Origin: Thraustochytrium aureum
Taxonomy: Eukaryota
Direction of reading: 5' to 3'
DNA length: 48,007 nt
Assembly (NCBI GenBank): GCA_012862495.1
Contig: BLSG01000333.1
Span: 69,919 to 117,925, forward strand
The position numbers and the translations under genes are program-made. Shown here in pieces: positions 33,943 to 43,639 of the stretch. Each line of letters opens with the position of its first letter. Position 1 is the stretch's first letter. The notes beneath the pieces are model-generated. The model searched no databases, was not told where the DNA came from, and worked only from the letters and a program-made list of their open reading frames with translations.

Positions 33943-34986
33943 NNNNNNNNNNNNNNNNNNNNNNNNNNNNNNNNNNNNNNNNNNNNNNNNNNNNNNNNNN
34001 NNNNNNNNNNNNNNNNNNNNNNNNNNNNNNNNNNNNNNNNNNNNNNNNNNNNNNNNNNNNNNNNNNNNNNNNNNNNNNNNNNNNNNNNNNNNNNNNNNNN
34101 NNNNNNNNNNNNNNNNNNNNNNNNNNNNNNNNNNNNNNNNNNNNNNNNNNNNNNNNNNNNNNNNNNNNNNNNNNNNNNNNNNNNNNNNNNNNNNNNNNNN
34201 NNNNNNNNNNNNNNNNNNNNNNNNNNNNNNNNNNNNNNNNNNNNNNNNNNNNNNNNNNNNNNNNNNNNNNNNNNNNNNNNNNNNNNNNNNNNNNNNNNNN
34301 NNNNNNNNNNNNNNNNNNNNNNNNNNNNNNNNNNNNNNNNNNNNNNNNNNNNNNNNNNNNNNNNNNNNNNNNNNNNNNNNNNNNNNNNNNNNNNNNNNNN
34401 NNNNNNNNNNNNNNNNNNNNNNNNNNNNNNNNNNNNNNNNNNNNNNNNNNNNNNNNNNNNNNNNNNNNNNNNNNNNNNNNNNNNNNNNNNNNNNNNNNNN
34501 NNNNNNNNNNNNNNNNNNNNNNNNNNNNNNNNNNNNNNNNNNNNNNNNNNNNNNNNNNNNNNNNNNNNNNNNNNNNNNNNNNNNNNNNNNNNNNNNNNNN
34601 NNNNNNNNNNNNNNNNNNNNNNNNNNNNNNNNNNNNNNNNNNNNNNNNNNNNNNNNNNNNNNNNNNNNNNNNNNNNNNNNNNNNNNNNNNNNNNNNNNNN
34701 NNNNNNNNNNNNNNNNNNNNNNNNNNNNNNNNNNNNNNNNNNNNNNNNNNNNNNNNNNNNNNNNNNNNNNNNNNNNNNNNNNNNNNNNNNNNNNNNNNNN
34801 NNNNNNNNNNNNNNNNNNNNNNNNNNNNNNNNNNNNNNNNNNNNNNNNNNNNNNNNNNNNNNNNNNNNNTTTTTGGGGGAATAGAGCGCGGCAGGGCAGA
34901 GCAGCTTGGCGGCAGAGCAGCCTGGCAGGCACGCAAGGCGCCCAGGACGGCGGGCGGGCAGGCAGCTAGGGCTTGCTGCGTAGACG

Positions 34987-35012
34987 GCTGCTGCTGCTGC
35001 TGCTGCTGCTGC
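34987..35012. repeat. (GCT)n microsatellite
   Basis: About eight GCT units between the gap and the GH3 start codon. Confidence 0.8.
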
Positions 35013-35088
35013 TTGCGAGCAGGGCGCTGAAGCGTCTCGGTTTTTCGGTCGCGGTGCGCGGTGCATTTGGTGGGTTGGGACGACAACG

Positions 35089-37767
35089 ATGAAAATGATC
35101 GGCAAGGGCAAGGGCAAGGCCGTGGGCCTGGCCGTGGGGCTGGCCGTGGTGGCGGCGGCAGGGATTATGCAGTGGAATCCGGTGGATGTCGTGCAGAACG
35201 CATGGGCGGACTCCTGGCGAGGTGACGGGAAGGTCGGGTGGCCTTATGGCAACGTCTGCCTGCAGGCCAAGCCTGACGCTCCCCCAATGCCGATTTGCGA
35301 CATGCGCCTTGGCGTGGAAGAGAGAGCCAAGGACCTCGTCCAGAGGATGACGCTGCAGGAGAAGGCAGACCAGCTAACGAACAACGCCAAAGCGGCCCCG
35401 GGAGCCGGAATCATCGGCGCATACCAGTGGTGGAATGAGGCACTGCATGGCGTTGCCAATTCGCCGGGTGTGGACTTCAAGGCCGGCCCCTTCCACTCGG
35501 CGACCTCGTTCCCGCAAGTCATCACGACAAGCTCGAGCCTCAATCGCACGTTGTGGGGCGCAATCGCAAGCGCCATCTCGACGGAGGCTCGGGCCTTTGC
35601 AAACAACGACCAGGCCGGGCTGACCTACTGGACCCCCAACATCAACCTCTTCCGCGACCCGCGCTGGGGCCGCGGCCAGGAGACGCCCGGAGAGGACCCC
35701 ACTGTGAACGGCGACTACGCAGAGGCGTTCGTGCGCGGGTTTCAAGAGGGACCTGAAGATCCCTCGAGGCTCAAGGGCTCGGCCTGCTGCAAGCACTTTG
35801 CGGCCTACAACTTGGAGTTGTGGCACGGCGTGGACCGCGCCGCGTTCAATGCGATCGTGTCACCCCGAGACATGGCCGAGTCCTACCTACCCATGTTTGA
35901 GGCCTGCGTGCGTCGCGGTCGCGTCACGTCGCTCATGTGCAGCTACAACGCGATCAACGGCCAGCCCTCGTGCGCGAACCGCGACCTGCTTGAGGGGACG
36001 GCGCGCAAGACGTGGGGGTTTGACGGGTACATTACGGGCGACTGCGGCGCCGTGGGCAATATCTTCGAGCGCTATCACTTTGAGAGCCACACCAAGGGCG
36101 GCGCCATCACAGATGCGTTGCTCGCCTCCGTGGACATCGACTGCGGGGTCTTCATTCAAACCAACCTCGTCGCTGCCGTTCGCGCTGGCGAGGTGGACGA
36201 GAGTCTCGTGGACCGCGCCCTTGTCAACCTGTTCAAGGTTCAAATTCGGCTGGGCTTGTTTGACCCTGTCAGCGAGCAGCCGTTCCGCCGCATCCCAGCA
36301 GCTGCTGTCAACAGCCCTGAGCACCACGAGCTCGCACTGGAGGCTGCGCGCCAGGGCATGGTCCTCGTCAAGAATCGCGCTGAGTCGCTTCCACTAAAGT
36401 CCGTCGAAGGCACTCTGGCCCTCATCGGGCCCCATGCAAAATCAAAGCAGACGATGCTAGGGAACTACGCCGGAACACCGCCCTTTATTGTTTCGATCGC
36501 GGAAGGGCTCGAGACCATCTGGAAGGGCGCCGTCCGAGTCGAGGGCGGTTGCAAGCTCATCGGGTCAGCGGACAAGGTCCGATTCACCAAACGCAGCGCC
36601 ACTCTCCGCGCTGAGATCGACGCGATTGACAACGAAGACGCTAGCATCGAACGAGCGGTCGCCCTCGCGCGCACTGCGGATCGCACCGTCCTGGCTGTGG
36701 GCATCGACCAGGTGCTTGAGCGCGAGGGCCTGGACAGGGAGACCCTGCGCTTTCCGGGGCGGCNNNNNNNNNNNNNNNNNNNNNNNNNNNNNNNNNNNNN
36801 NNNNNNNNNNNNNNNNNNNNNNNNNNNNNNNNNNNNNNNNNNNNNNNNNNNNNNNNNNNNNNNNNNNNNNNNNNNNNNNNNNNNNNNNNNNNNNNNNNNN
36901 NNNNNNNNNNNNNNNNNNNNNNNNNNNNNNNNNNNNNNNNNNNNNNNNNNNNNNNNNNNNNNNNNNNNNNNNNNNNNNNNNNNNNNNNNNNNNNNNNNNN
37001 NNNNNNNNNNNNNNNNNNNNNNNNNNNNNNNNNNNNNNNNNNNNNNNNNNNNNNNNNNNNNNNNNNNNNNNNNNNNNNNNNNNNNNNNNNNNNNNNNNNN
37101 NNNNNNNNNNNNNNNNNNNNNNNNNNNNNNNNNNNNTTTGGCGGCCAGGCAGTGGCAGAGACGTTGGCCGGGAGCAACAACCCGGCTGGGCGGCTCACGC
37201 AAACGTTCTACCCCTGCAGAATTCGCGGAGACTGTGTCGATGATTGACCTTGACATGCACCCGGACAACGCACGCGGGTACCCGGGGCGAGGTCACCGGT
37301 TCTACACGGGAAAGGTCGTGCTGCCGTTTGGGTTTGGTCTTTCTTACACACACTTCGAGTACCGAAGCCAGGACCTTCGGTGGATTGTGAGTGGTGGGGC
37401 CGCCGTTGCCGAGCTTCAGGTCGACGTGCGCAACTCTGGGACGCGCGCTGGCGCTCACGTCGCGCTCGCGTTTTTGCGGCCGCCTACCGCTGCCTCCCGC
37501 ATCGGGCTGCACGGTGACGTTCTGAGCAAGCTGCACTCGTACCACCGCACGCAAGTGCTGCAACCTGGGGCAGTGGAGCGGGTCACGTTTTCTGTTTCTG
37601 CGGACGACCTGGCTGTGTTTGCATCGACAACGGATTCGACAGCGACGCGCCTTGGCCGTGACTCGTTGGGCTCGTGTGCGGAGGACGAGTGCGACTGGGT
37701 TGTCGAGCTTGGCGGTCGGGGCAGCGCGGCGCTCCTGCGCGTTTCTGTGCCGGAGAACGGCCTGTAG
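35089..37767 (+). CDS. Glycoside hydrolase family 3 beta-xylosidase / alpha-L-arabinofuranosidase (BXL-type); one gap and a frameshift at ~37212
   Basis: N-terminal hydrophobic segment; YQWWNEALHGV, ATSFPQVI, WTPNINLFRDPRWGRGQETPGEDP, CCKHFAAY, LMCSYNAING, GYITGDCGAV (nucleophile Asp), EREGLDR, NPAGRLTQTFYP, PFGFGLSYT; C-terminal Fn3-like region. Confidence 0.93.
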   Translation: MKMIGKGKGKAVGLAVGLAVVAAAGIMQWNPVDVVQNAWADSWRGDGKVGWPYGNVCLQAKPDAPPMPICDMRLGVEERAKDLVQRMTLQEKADQLTNNAKAAPGAGIIGAYQWWNEALHGVANSPGVDFKAGPFHSATSFPQVITTSSSLNRTLWGAIASAISTEARAFANNDQAGLTYWTPNINLFRDPRWGRGQETPGEDPTVNGDYAEAFVRGFQEGPEDPSRLKGSACCKHFAAYNLELWHGVDRAAFNAIVSPRDMAESYLPMFEACVRRGRVTSLMCSYNAINGQPSCANRDLLEGTARKTWGFDGYITGDCGAVGNIFERYHFESHTKGGAITDALLASVDIDCGVFIQTNLVAAVRAGEVDESLVDRALVNLFKVQIRLGLFDPVSEQPFRRIPAAAVNSPEHHELALEAARQGMVLVKNRAESLPLKSVEGTLALIGPHAKSKQTMLGNYAGTPPFIVSIAEGLETIWKGAVRVEGGCKLIGSADKVRFTKRSATLRAEIDAIDNEDASIERAVALARTADRTVLAVGIDQVLEREGLDRETLRFPGRXXXXXXXXXXXXXXXXXXXXXXXXXXXXXXXXXXXXXXXXXXXXXXXXXXXXXXXXXXXXXXXXXXXXXXXXXXXXXXXXXXXXXXXXXXXXXXXXXXXXXXXXXXXXXXXXXXXXXXXXXXXXXLAARQWQRRWPGATTRLGGSRKRSTPAEFAETVSMIDLDMHPDNARGYPGRGHRFYTGKVVLPFGFGLSYTHFEYRSQDLRWIVSGGAAVAELQVDVRNSGTRAGAHVALAFLRPPTAASRIGLHGDVLSKLHSYHRTQVLQPGAVERVTFSVSADDLAVFASTTDSTATRLGRDSLGSCAEDECDWVVELGGRGSAALLRVSVPENGL

Positions 37768-37945
37768 GAGGACCAAGTCGCACGCCTTGTCAACAACAGC
37801 CCGCTTCCCGCTCCCGCTCCCGCTCCCCTCTGGCAGGTGGAAGAGCTGCTGAGGTAGGTCTTTTTGGTGAAAAACAAAACAAATCGAAGGCCCTCCATTT
37901 CGCAACTTGTTACGCCAGGGGGAATCTGCCCGCGTTGAGCGAGGA

Positions 37946-39097
37946 TCACGGCACTCTTGCAAGCGAAGGAAGGGCGCGAGGGCTTGACCGCAATCGCGCT
38001 GCCTGGCCCGCCGTGCCCAGCTGGGCCGCCTGTTGTTTTTGCGCGATCCGTTTCCATGCCAGGGCCTCGGCGTTCTTCGCCTGACGCTCGAGGTCAAGCT
38101 TGAGTCGTACATCTGCGTACTTGTCGTCGACGAGCTGCAGCTGCCCTGCGAGCATATCTACCTCCCCCTTCATGTGCCGCATCGCCTGCTCGGTGGCGCG
38201 GCCCTTCTCTTTCAATAAGCGGACTTTTTCACGTTCCACGTCGAGGCGGCGCGCGACCTCCGCGGTCTCGTCTTCCGCGCGGTGCCGCGCCTGGGCCTCC
38301 AGGCGCAACGCAACGCTGACCTTGTGCACATGCTCCTGAAGAATGCCAACTTGCCGCCGAGCTTGCTCGAGCTCCGCGGTGGTCTGCTGCGCTTGTCTCG
38401 TAGCCGCCTTGTGCGCCTTTAGCGCGGCCTTGTGCTTGCTGGCAAGCTCCTCGTTTCGCTTGGCCGCTGCCTCGGCGCGCTCGCGTGCTGCGGCGAGCTC
38501 CTCGTTTCGTGCTTGGAGCTGCTGCCAGAGCCTGGTGTTGTTTTCGCTCTTCGCGAGGAGCTGATCGCGCTGCAGCTCGTGGAGATGCGCGAACGCCGTC
38601 TCGCCTGGGACTCCAGCAGGGGCGCTCTGGGATCCGGCGGCGCTCAGGTGCGTGGCGCGAATCTCAGCTAATGCGACCGCCGCAGTGCTTGCACGCTCTA
38701 TCCCGGGCGTGGATGCTGGTGCAGCGATCTGCATGTCCACGAGACGGCTCACCGCTTTGTGGCGGTCGTACTCTGCCTGAATGCGCGCCCGCTGCTCGGC
38801 CTTCAGCGCAGCTTGAAGCTCCGCATTCGAGCGCTCAGCTTGTGCGAGCTTTGCTGCCAGCTTCGCGCTCTCGCAGTGCCGCTCGCCACCGCCGGTTGGC
38901 GCCGAAGCGAGCCCTGACTCGTCCGTTCTCTCGGAGACATCGCCTTCATTCTTGCTGCAGCTTCGCCGCGGCGCAGTGTCGCCGTCGTCGCCTTCACTCC
39001 GAGCCAGCCCAGCCCCGAGCGCCCCGATGGCGGCTGGGAGCCTGGGGCGCTTTCGCGTCACCAGCCCGGCAAGCGGCGAGGAGGCCTGCCGCGCCAT
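37946..39097 (-). CDS. Coiled-coil protein of unknown function
   Basis: 383-aa ATG-initiated ORF with long E/K/R/A/L heptad stretches. No family recognised. The C-terminus may be frameshifted at the A-run near 38036. Confidence 0.65.
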   Translation of the reverse strand: MARQASSPLAGLVTRKRPRLPAAIGALGAGLARSEGDDGDTAPRRSCSKNEGDVSERTDESGLASAPTGGGERHCESAKLAAKLAQAERSNAELQAALKAEQRARIQAEYDRHKAVSRLVDMQIAAPASTPGIERASTAAVALAEIRATHLSAAGSQSAPAGVPGETAFAHLHELQRDQLLAKSENNTRLWQQLQARNEELAAARERAEAAAKRNEELASKHKAALKAHKAATRQAQQTTAELEQARRQVGILQEHVHKVSVALRLEAQARHRAEDETAEVARRLDVEREKVRLLKEKGRATEQAMRHMKGEVDMLAGQLQLVDDKYADVRLKLDLERQAKNAEALAWKRIAQKQQAAQLGTAGQAARLRSSPRALPSLARVP

Positions 39098-39605
39098 GCG
39101 TCAGAGGTCTGTCCTGTGACCTGATGACCTGATTCGCGTTGACATTGATCATTGATTGATGCACACTTCGGTGCGTTTCCTGCGAGACCGCGTGGTGTCC
39201 AGGTCTGCGAAACTGGACGGTCTCGCTCGAGCTCCGTCACCAGCAGCAACTCTGCGGGACTCCGCGCTGCAGGCGCGCGAGCGCGGCGCCGCCGCAAGCG
39301 CTCTCTGCGCTGCTGGAGTCCAGTCAGGCTCTGCTGCCCTGACGATGGTGGTCGATGAACGGCAACTCGTTGCACGATGAACGGCAGCTTTTGGGGCGCT
39401 TCTCTTGATATCCAATCGGGCGTTCAAGGGGGACTGCGGAACGCAAAGTTGCGGAACGCATTCTGCTGGGTGTGGCCAGCCCAGCGCTGCGCGCGTTGAC
39501 GCAGAAGCCATCGGCCGCGGAAAAGGGCGCGGCGGGCGAGAGAGAGCCACACGCTGGCAGGCCGTTGGACGCGTTCGGGTGCGGCTGGCTTGAGGCCGAA
39601 GCGGG

Positions 39606-40148
39606 ATGCGGCCGCTGACAGAGGAGGAGACGAAGCTCGTGTTTGAGAAGCTGACCAAGTTTATTGGGCAGGATGTGGCACGGCTGATCGACCGCAAGGA
39701 CGAGCGGCACGTGTTTCGGCTGCAAAAGCAACGCGTGTACTACGTGAGCGAGTCGCAGCTGCGCAGCGCTTCGAGCGTGTCGCGCGACCGGCTCGTGGCG
39801 CTCGGCACGCTGTTCGGCAAGTTCACCAAGTCGGGCAAGTTCCACTTGACGATCCAGTGCCTCGACTTCTTGGCGCAGTACGCAAAGTACAAGGTCTGGG
39901 TCAAGACCAACTCGGAGATGTCTTTCCTGTACGGCCACAACATTACCAAAGCTGGCCTTGGCCGCATCACTGAGAACACGCCGCAGTATGCCGGTGTCGT
40001 CGTTTACAATATGAACGGCATCCCGCTTGGGTTTGGGATCGCATCGCAGACGACGGCGGCCTGCACGGCGCTGGAGCCAACGGCGCTAGTGGTATTGCAC
40101 CAGGGCGACATCGGCGAGTACCTGCGCGCCGAGCAGGAGATGAACTAG
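39606..40148 (+). CDS. NIP7: 60S ribosome subunit biogenesis protein NIP7
   Basis: 180 aa: MRPLTEEETKLVFEKLTKFIG...FGKFTKSGKFHLTI...AKYKVWVK..SEMSFLYG...PLGFG...HQGDIGEYLR, the characteristic NIP7 N-domain plus PUA domain. Confidence 0.98.
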   Translation: MRPLTEEETKLVFEKLTKFIGQDVARLIDRKDERHVFRLQKQRVYYVSESQLRSASSVSRDRLVALGTLFGKFTKSGKFHLTIQCLDFLAQYAKYKVWVKTNSEMSFLYGHNITKAGLGRITENTPQYAGVVVYNMNGIPLGFGIASQTTAACTALEPTALVVLHQGDIGEYLRAEQEMN

Positions 40149-40357
40149 CGATCGACTCTGCTACCGCGCGGGGTTGGCGTGCTCCGCTAGTGCTGCCCGA
40201 CAGAGTGGCGGGTCCTTTTGGAGGTTACAGCGCTGCCTGTCTGGCGCCTATAGATTCTTGTTTGTGTACAACCCAAGACTGAGATTTCCCCTTTCCGGCC
40301 TCCCTGCCTCTTTCGGCTACAAGCTCGATGCTTGCCCCGCTCGTTTCCAAACACAAA

Positions 40358-41017
40358 CTAGCATGGCTCCTGCGGCCCCTGCGCTTCCATGACGTCGCGG
40401 AGGCGCCACACTGCCGCGGCATGCGCGCTCTTGGTCCGGTGCACTGCTCCACCGCTCCCGACCCTGCCGTCGCGCTTCGCGAGGTCCTCGATCAGCTCGC
40501 CTGCTCGGGAAACGTCGTGCATACCACTCTCAAGTGCGGTGCGCGCCCGCTCGAGCCCAGAGAGGCAGTCAACGAGGGCTGCAACGCTCGGACGAACCTG
40601 GGAGGCTTTGCCACTCGCGGCGGCCCGACGAACGGCTGCGATGGACGCTGGCGGGTCTGCAGCGGCGAGGCGATCAAACACGGCCACAAAGTCATCCTGG
40701 TGCCCCTCTTTGACCGCGACGCATGCCGGGTCGGTGGCGCGCTGCAGGAGCCCTTTCACCTCGCTCTTGTTTGCGTTGACCTTTTCGACGACCGCCCTCA
40801 CGCTCTGCACCGCGCGCAGCAGCCGCTCCAGCTCCGCGCGACCCTCATACCCCCCCTCGCGTTGAATCGCCCGCTCGTTCTCCTCGAGCGCGCGCGCCCT
40901 CCGCGCCGCCCGAGCTTGACTGCAAACTCGCAGCGTACCGACGAGGTCCGCGTCGCGCGTGAAGCCTGCGCTCGCCCTCGTCGCGCCAGCTTCGACCGCT
41001 GTCCTCGCGACCTCCAT
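40358..41017 (-). CDS. Candidate HAUS augmin-like complex subunit 2 (HAUS2/AUG2-like) coiled-coil protein
   Basis: 219 aa from ATG 41017. DLVGTLR and VNANKSEVKGLLQRATDPACVAVKEGHQDDF resemble the recalled HAUS2 core pattern (NK...LQ.P...C[IV].V...[YH]Q..F). Family assignment is from memory, not from a search. The start could lie further upstream. Confidence 0.5.
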   Translation of the reverse strand: MEVARTAVEAGATRASAGFTRDADLVGTLRVCSQARAARRARALEENERAIQREGGYEGRAELERLLRAVQSVRAVVEKVNANKSEVKGLLQRATDPACVAVKEGHQDDFVAVFDRLAAADPPASIAAVRRAAASGKASQVRPSVAALVDCLSGLERARTALESGMHDVSRAGELIEDLAKRDGRVGSGGAVHRTKSAHAAAVWRLRDVMEAQGPQEPC

Positions 41018-41584
41018 TGCCGTGCCGGCACGTTCCGAGGAACCTAGCGCCCAGTTCCACGCAGCCGAGCGCGGCAGAGCCACCGCAGCGCCGCTCCTGG
41101 AGCGCAGCGCGGGCCGTCCCGACTCGACTCCCGCCTCGTTCAAACCGTCACAGCGAGCCTCGCACCAAGCCGCCCATCCGCCAGCCGCAGCGGCGCTCCG
41201 GAGCATCCATGACGTTGCCCCTGAAGGGCGCGGCACCTGCCGATAGCGCCGCAGCACCGAGCGAGACAGCGCGCGCTGCCCCCAGCGGCAGGCATCTTAC
41301 GCTGGTCAAGTCTCGAGTACTGTCCACGAGGCCTCGCGAGTACTGACAGAGCGCGGAGCACTCACCGAGTACTTCCTCTTCCAGTCTGGCGCGCTGCGGC
41401 GGTGCTCGCGCGGCAGAGCGCCAACGCCGTCGCACGGTCGTCCATTCTCGCGGACGCGGAGAAGGAGGAGGAGTAGGGCCCTCGCGCACTGCTGGAGCAG
41501 CGCAGGCAGGAAGGCGCACCTCCTCGCTACCGCGGGCGGACTTGCGCAGGGCGAGTTGCGAGCGCGCGCGGCAGAGCTGGCAAG

Positions 41585-42085
41585 ATGAGGGTCGGGGCGG
41601 CGCTGGGCGTGGCGGCGGCGGCGGCGGTGTGCATGGCTGGCACTGGCGAGGCGCAGATGGACATCAACGCGTTTGATGACAAGATGGATGTCAAGATCCC
41701 GGACGCGGCCAAGCAGTACCTGGGCAAGGCCAGGCCGTTCATCACCATGGCGCTCAACAAGATGAAGACGAAAGAGTGCAAGGGGGCCTGGAGCAACATG
41801 TTCGACCAGATCCTCGCCGCCGCGGAGGGGACCGAGGAACTCACCCCACGCAAGCTTCTCGGCGCGTTTTGCGGCGTCGGCGACGAGTGCCTGTCCGAGG
41901 CGCTCGAGTCGGGGCAAAAGTTTATCGAGAGCAACAAGTTTGTGCGCAACCTCGTGGAAAAGAACCTGGAGGACAATCTGCCGGGCATGGACATCGAGCA
42001 GCTTGTTGGAGGCGCACCGCTCGTGTACATGGGCATCTGTGCCAACTACGTCCCTGCTGACAGCGCGGAGAAGACCGAGCTCTAG
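41585..42085 (+). CDS. Small secretory-pathway protein with a signal peptide and a C-terminal KTEL (KDEL-like ER retrieval signal)
   Basis: 166 aa; MRVGAALGVAAAAAVCMAGTGEA signal peptide; four Cys in a helical-looking mature region; ends ...SAEKTEL*; strong GC3 bias; AATAAA downstream at ~42174. Confidence 0.8.
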   Translation: MRVGAALGVAAAAAVCMAGTGEAQMDINAFDDKMDVKIPDAAKQYLGKARPFITMALNKMKTKECKGAWSNMFDQILAAAEGTEELTPRKLLGAFCGVGDECLSEALESGQKFIESNKFVRNLVEKNLEDNLPGMDIEQLVGGAPLVYMGICANYVPADSAEKTEL

Positions 42086-42282
42086 CTGGAGAGCGCGTGC
42101 TCCGGCGCGTTTCAGGGACGGCAACAGGCCGCAGGCCGGCCGGCCATGTTTGTTGTTTTGCGCTACTTTTTTTAATAAAATAAAGAGAAGTTAGAATCGA
42201 ACCCAACCCCCGCTTGCTGCGAAATTCTGGCGTGGCAGTTGCAACGTCACGTTGCGCGCTTGCTTTCTTAGGCTCTAGCTAG

Positions 42283-43639
42283 CTAGAGCTTGGCGCGCGC
42301 GGGCTCGGGCTGGTCCTCAAAGCCAAGCGCCCCCGACACGGCGCGCTTGGGCTTGCTGGACTTCCACTCCTCCGGGCGCTTGTAGATGGTGACAACGACC
42401 GCGCCGCCGAGGCCGAGGTTGTGGCTCGCGGCGATCTTGGCGTTCTCGACTTGGCGCTTGCCGCACTCGCCGCGCAGCTGCCAGCACATCTCCGCGCACT
42501 GGGCGAGGCCAGTAGCCCCAAGCGGGTGGCCCTTGCTGATGAGCCCGCCGGACGGGTTGACGACGACCTGGCCGCCGTAGTCGTTCTTGCCCGAATCGAT
42601 GAACGCGCCCGCACCACCTTCCGGGCAGAGCTTGAGCGCCTCGTAGGTGATCAGCTCGTTCGCGGAGAAGCAGTCGTGCAGCTCAAGAACGTCAATGTCC
42701 TGCGCCCCCACGCCCGCCTGCGCATAGGCATCCTCGGCAGCGGCGCGAGTCATCCCGTAGCCGACAAGCTTGAGCATGCTATCCTCGTCAAAGGTGTCCG
42801 CCGTGTCGGTCTTCATCGACATGCCAACAATCTCGATCGCCTGGCCTTCGAGTCCATGCTTGCGCACGAATTCCTCGGAGGCCACAATCACGCAGGCCGC
42901 GCCGTCCGAAGTCGGGCAGCACTGCAGCTTGGTCAGAGGCTCGTGCACCTTGGGCGCAGCCATGATCGCTTCGAGCGAGTACTCGTCGCGGAACTGCGAG
43001 TAGGGGTTGAGCACGCTGTTCTTGTGGTTCTTGTACGCAATTTTCGCGAATGCTTCGGCCTTGGTTCCGTACTTTTTCTGGTGTTCACGCCCGGCGTTCC
43101 CGAAGAGCTGCGCCGCGGGCGGGGCGCGCATCTCGTACTCGTGAGCTCCATCATTTTCATCATGTGCTTGTCCATGGGGTTGGTGCGATCGTCAAACTTT
43201 GACCCGAGGGAGCCCTTCTCCATCTTTTCGAAGCCGAGCGCCAGCACGCAGTCCGAGACGCCACCAGCAACAAACTGCTTGGCCATGAACAGCGCGCTCG
43301 CGCCGCTCGCGCAGTTGTTGTTGACGTTGTACACGGGGACGCCGGTCATACCAAGCTGGTACGCTGCGCGCTGCCCGCACGTGGAGTCGCCATAGCAGTA
43401 CGAGCACACCACCTGCTCGACGTCCTTGAACGAGAGGCAGGCGTCGCTCAGGGCGCGCTCGCCGGCCTCTTGGGCAAAGTCCGGGTAGTCCTTGTCGTGC
43501 TTGCCTGGCTGCGCTCACGGGCACCGTGTGCTCGTCAGTGCGGACCTTTTGCTGGGTGCTGCGCGGTGCCACTTACCTTGAGGAAGGCCGTCATGCCCAC
43601 ACCAACAACAAACACCCTGCGCTGCTGCTTGCCCGCCAT
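42283..43639 (-). CDS. Peroxisomal SCP2-type (SCPx-like) thiolase without an SCP2 domain; two exons; frameshift at ~43143
   Basis: ATG 43639 [24 protein letters not shown]...[32 protein letters not shown] (catalytic Cys), [53 protein letters not shown]; ends in PTS1 AKL*. Confidence 0.93.
43509..43576 (-). other. Spliceosomal intron (68 bp)
   Basis: AAG|GTAAGT donor, ACTGAC branch point, GCAG| acceptor. Joins ...AFLK-PGKHDK in frame. Confidence 0.92.

Noticed and set aside
30357..37767. TPS-TPP plus GH3 (and the nearby glycosyltransferase) as a carbohydrate gene cluster
   Set aside because: The activities do not form a known pathway, and head-to-head adjacency is the rule for all genes in this window.
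39115..39180. TGATGA/CTGA motifs and a small hairpin suggesting a box C/D snoRNA
   Set aside because: Box spacing is wrong, and I found no terminal stem or recognisable rRNA guide sequence.
41148..41445. Possible small minus-strand gene upstream of the HAUS2-like ORF (MDDRATALAL.../RLEEEVLGECSAL...)
   Set aside because: It needs at least one assumed frameshift and matches no family I recognise. It remains possible and would break the strand-alternation pattern.
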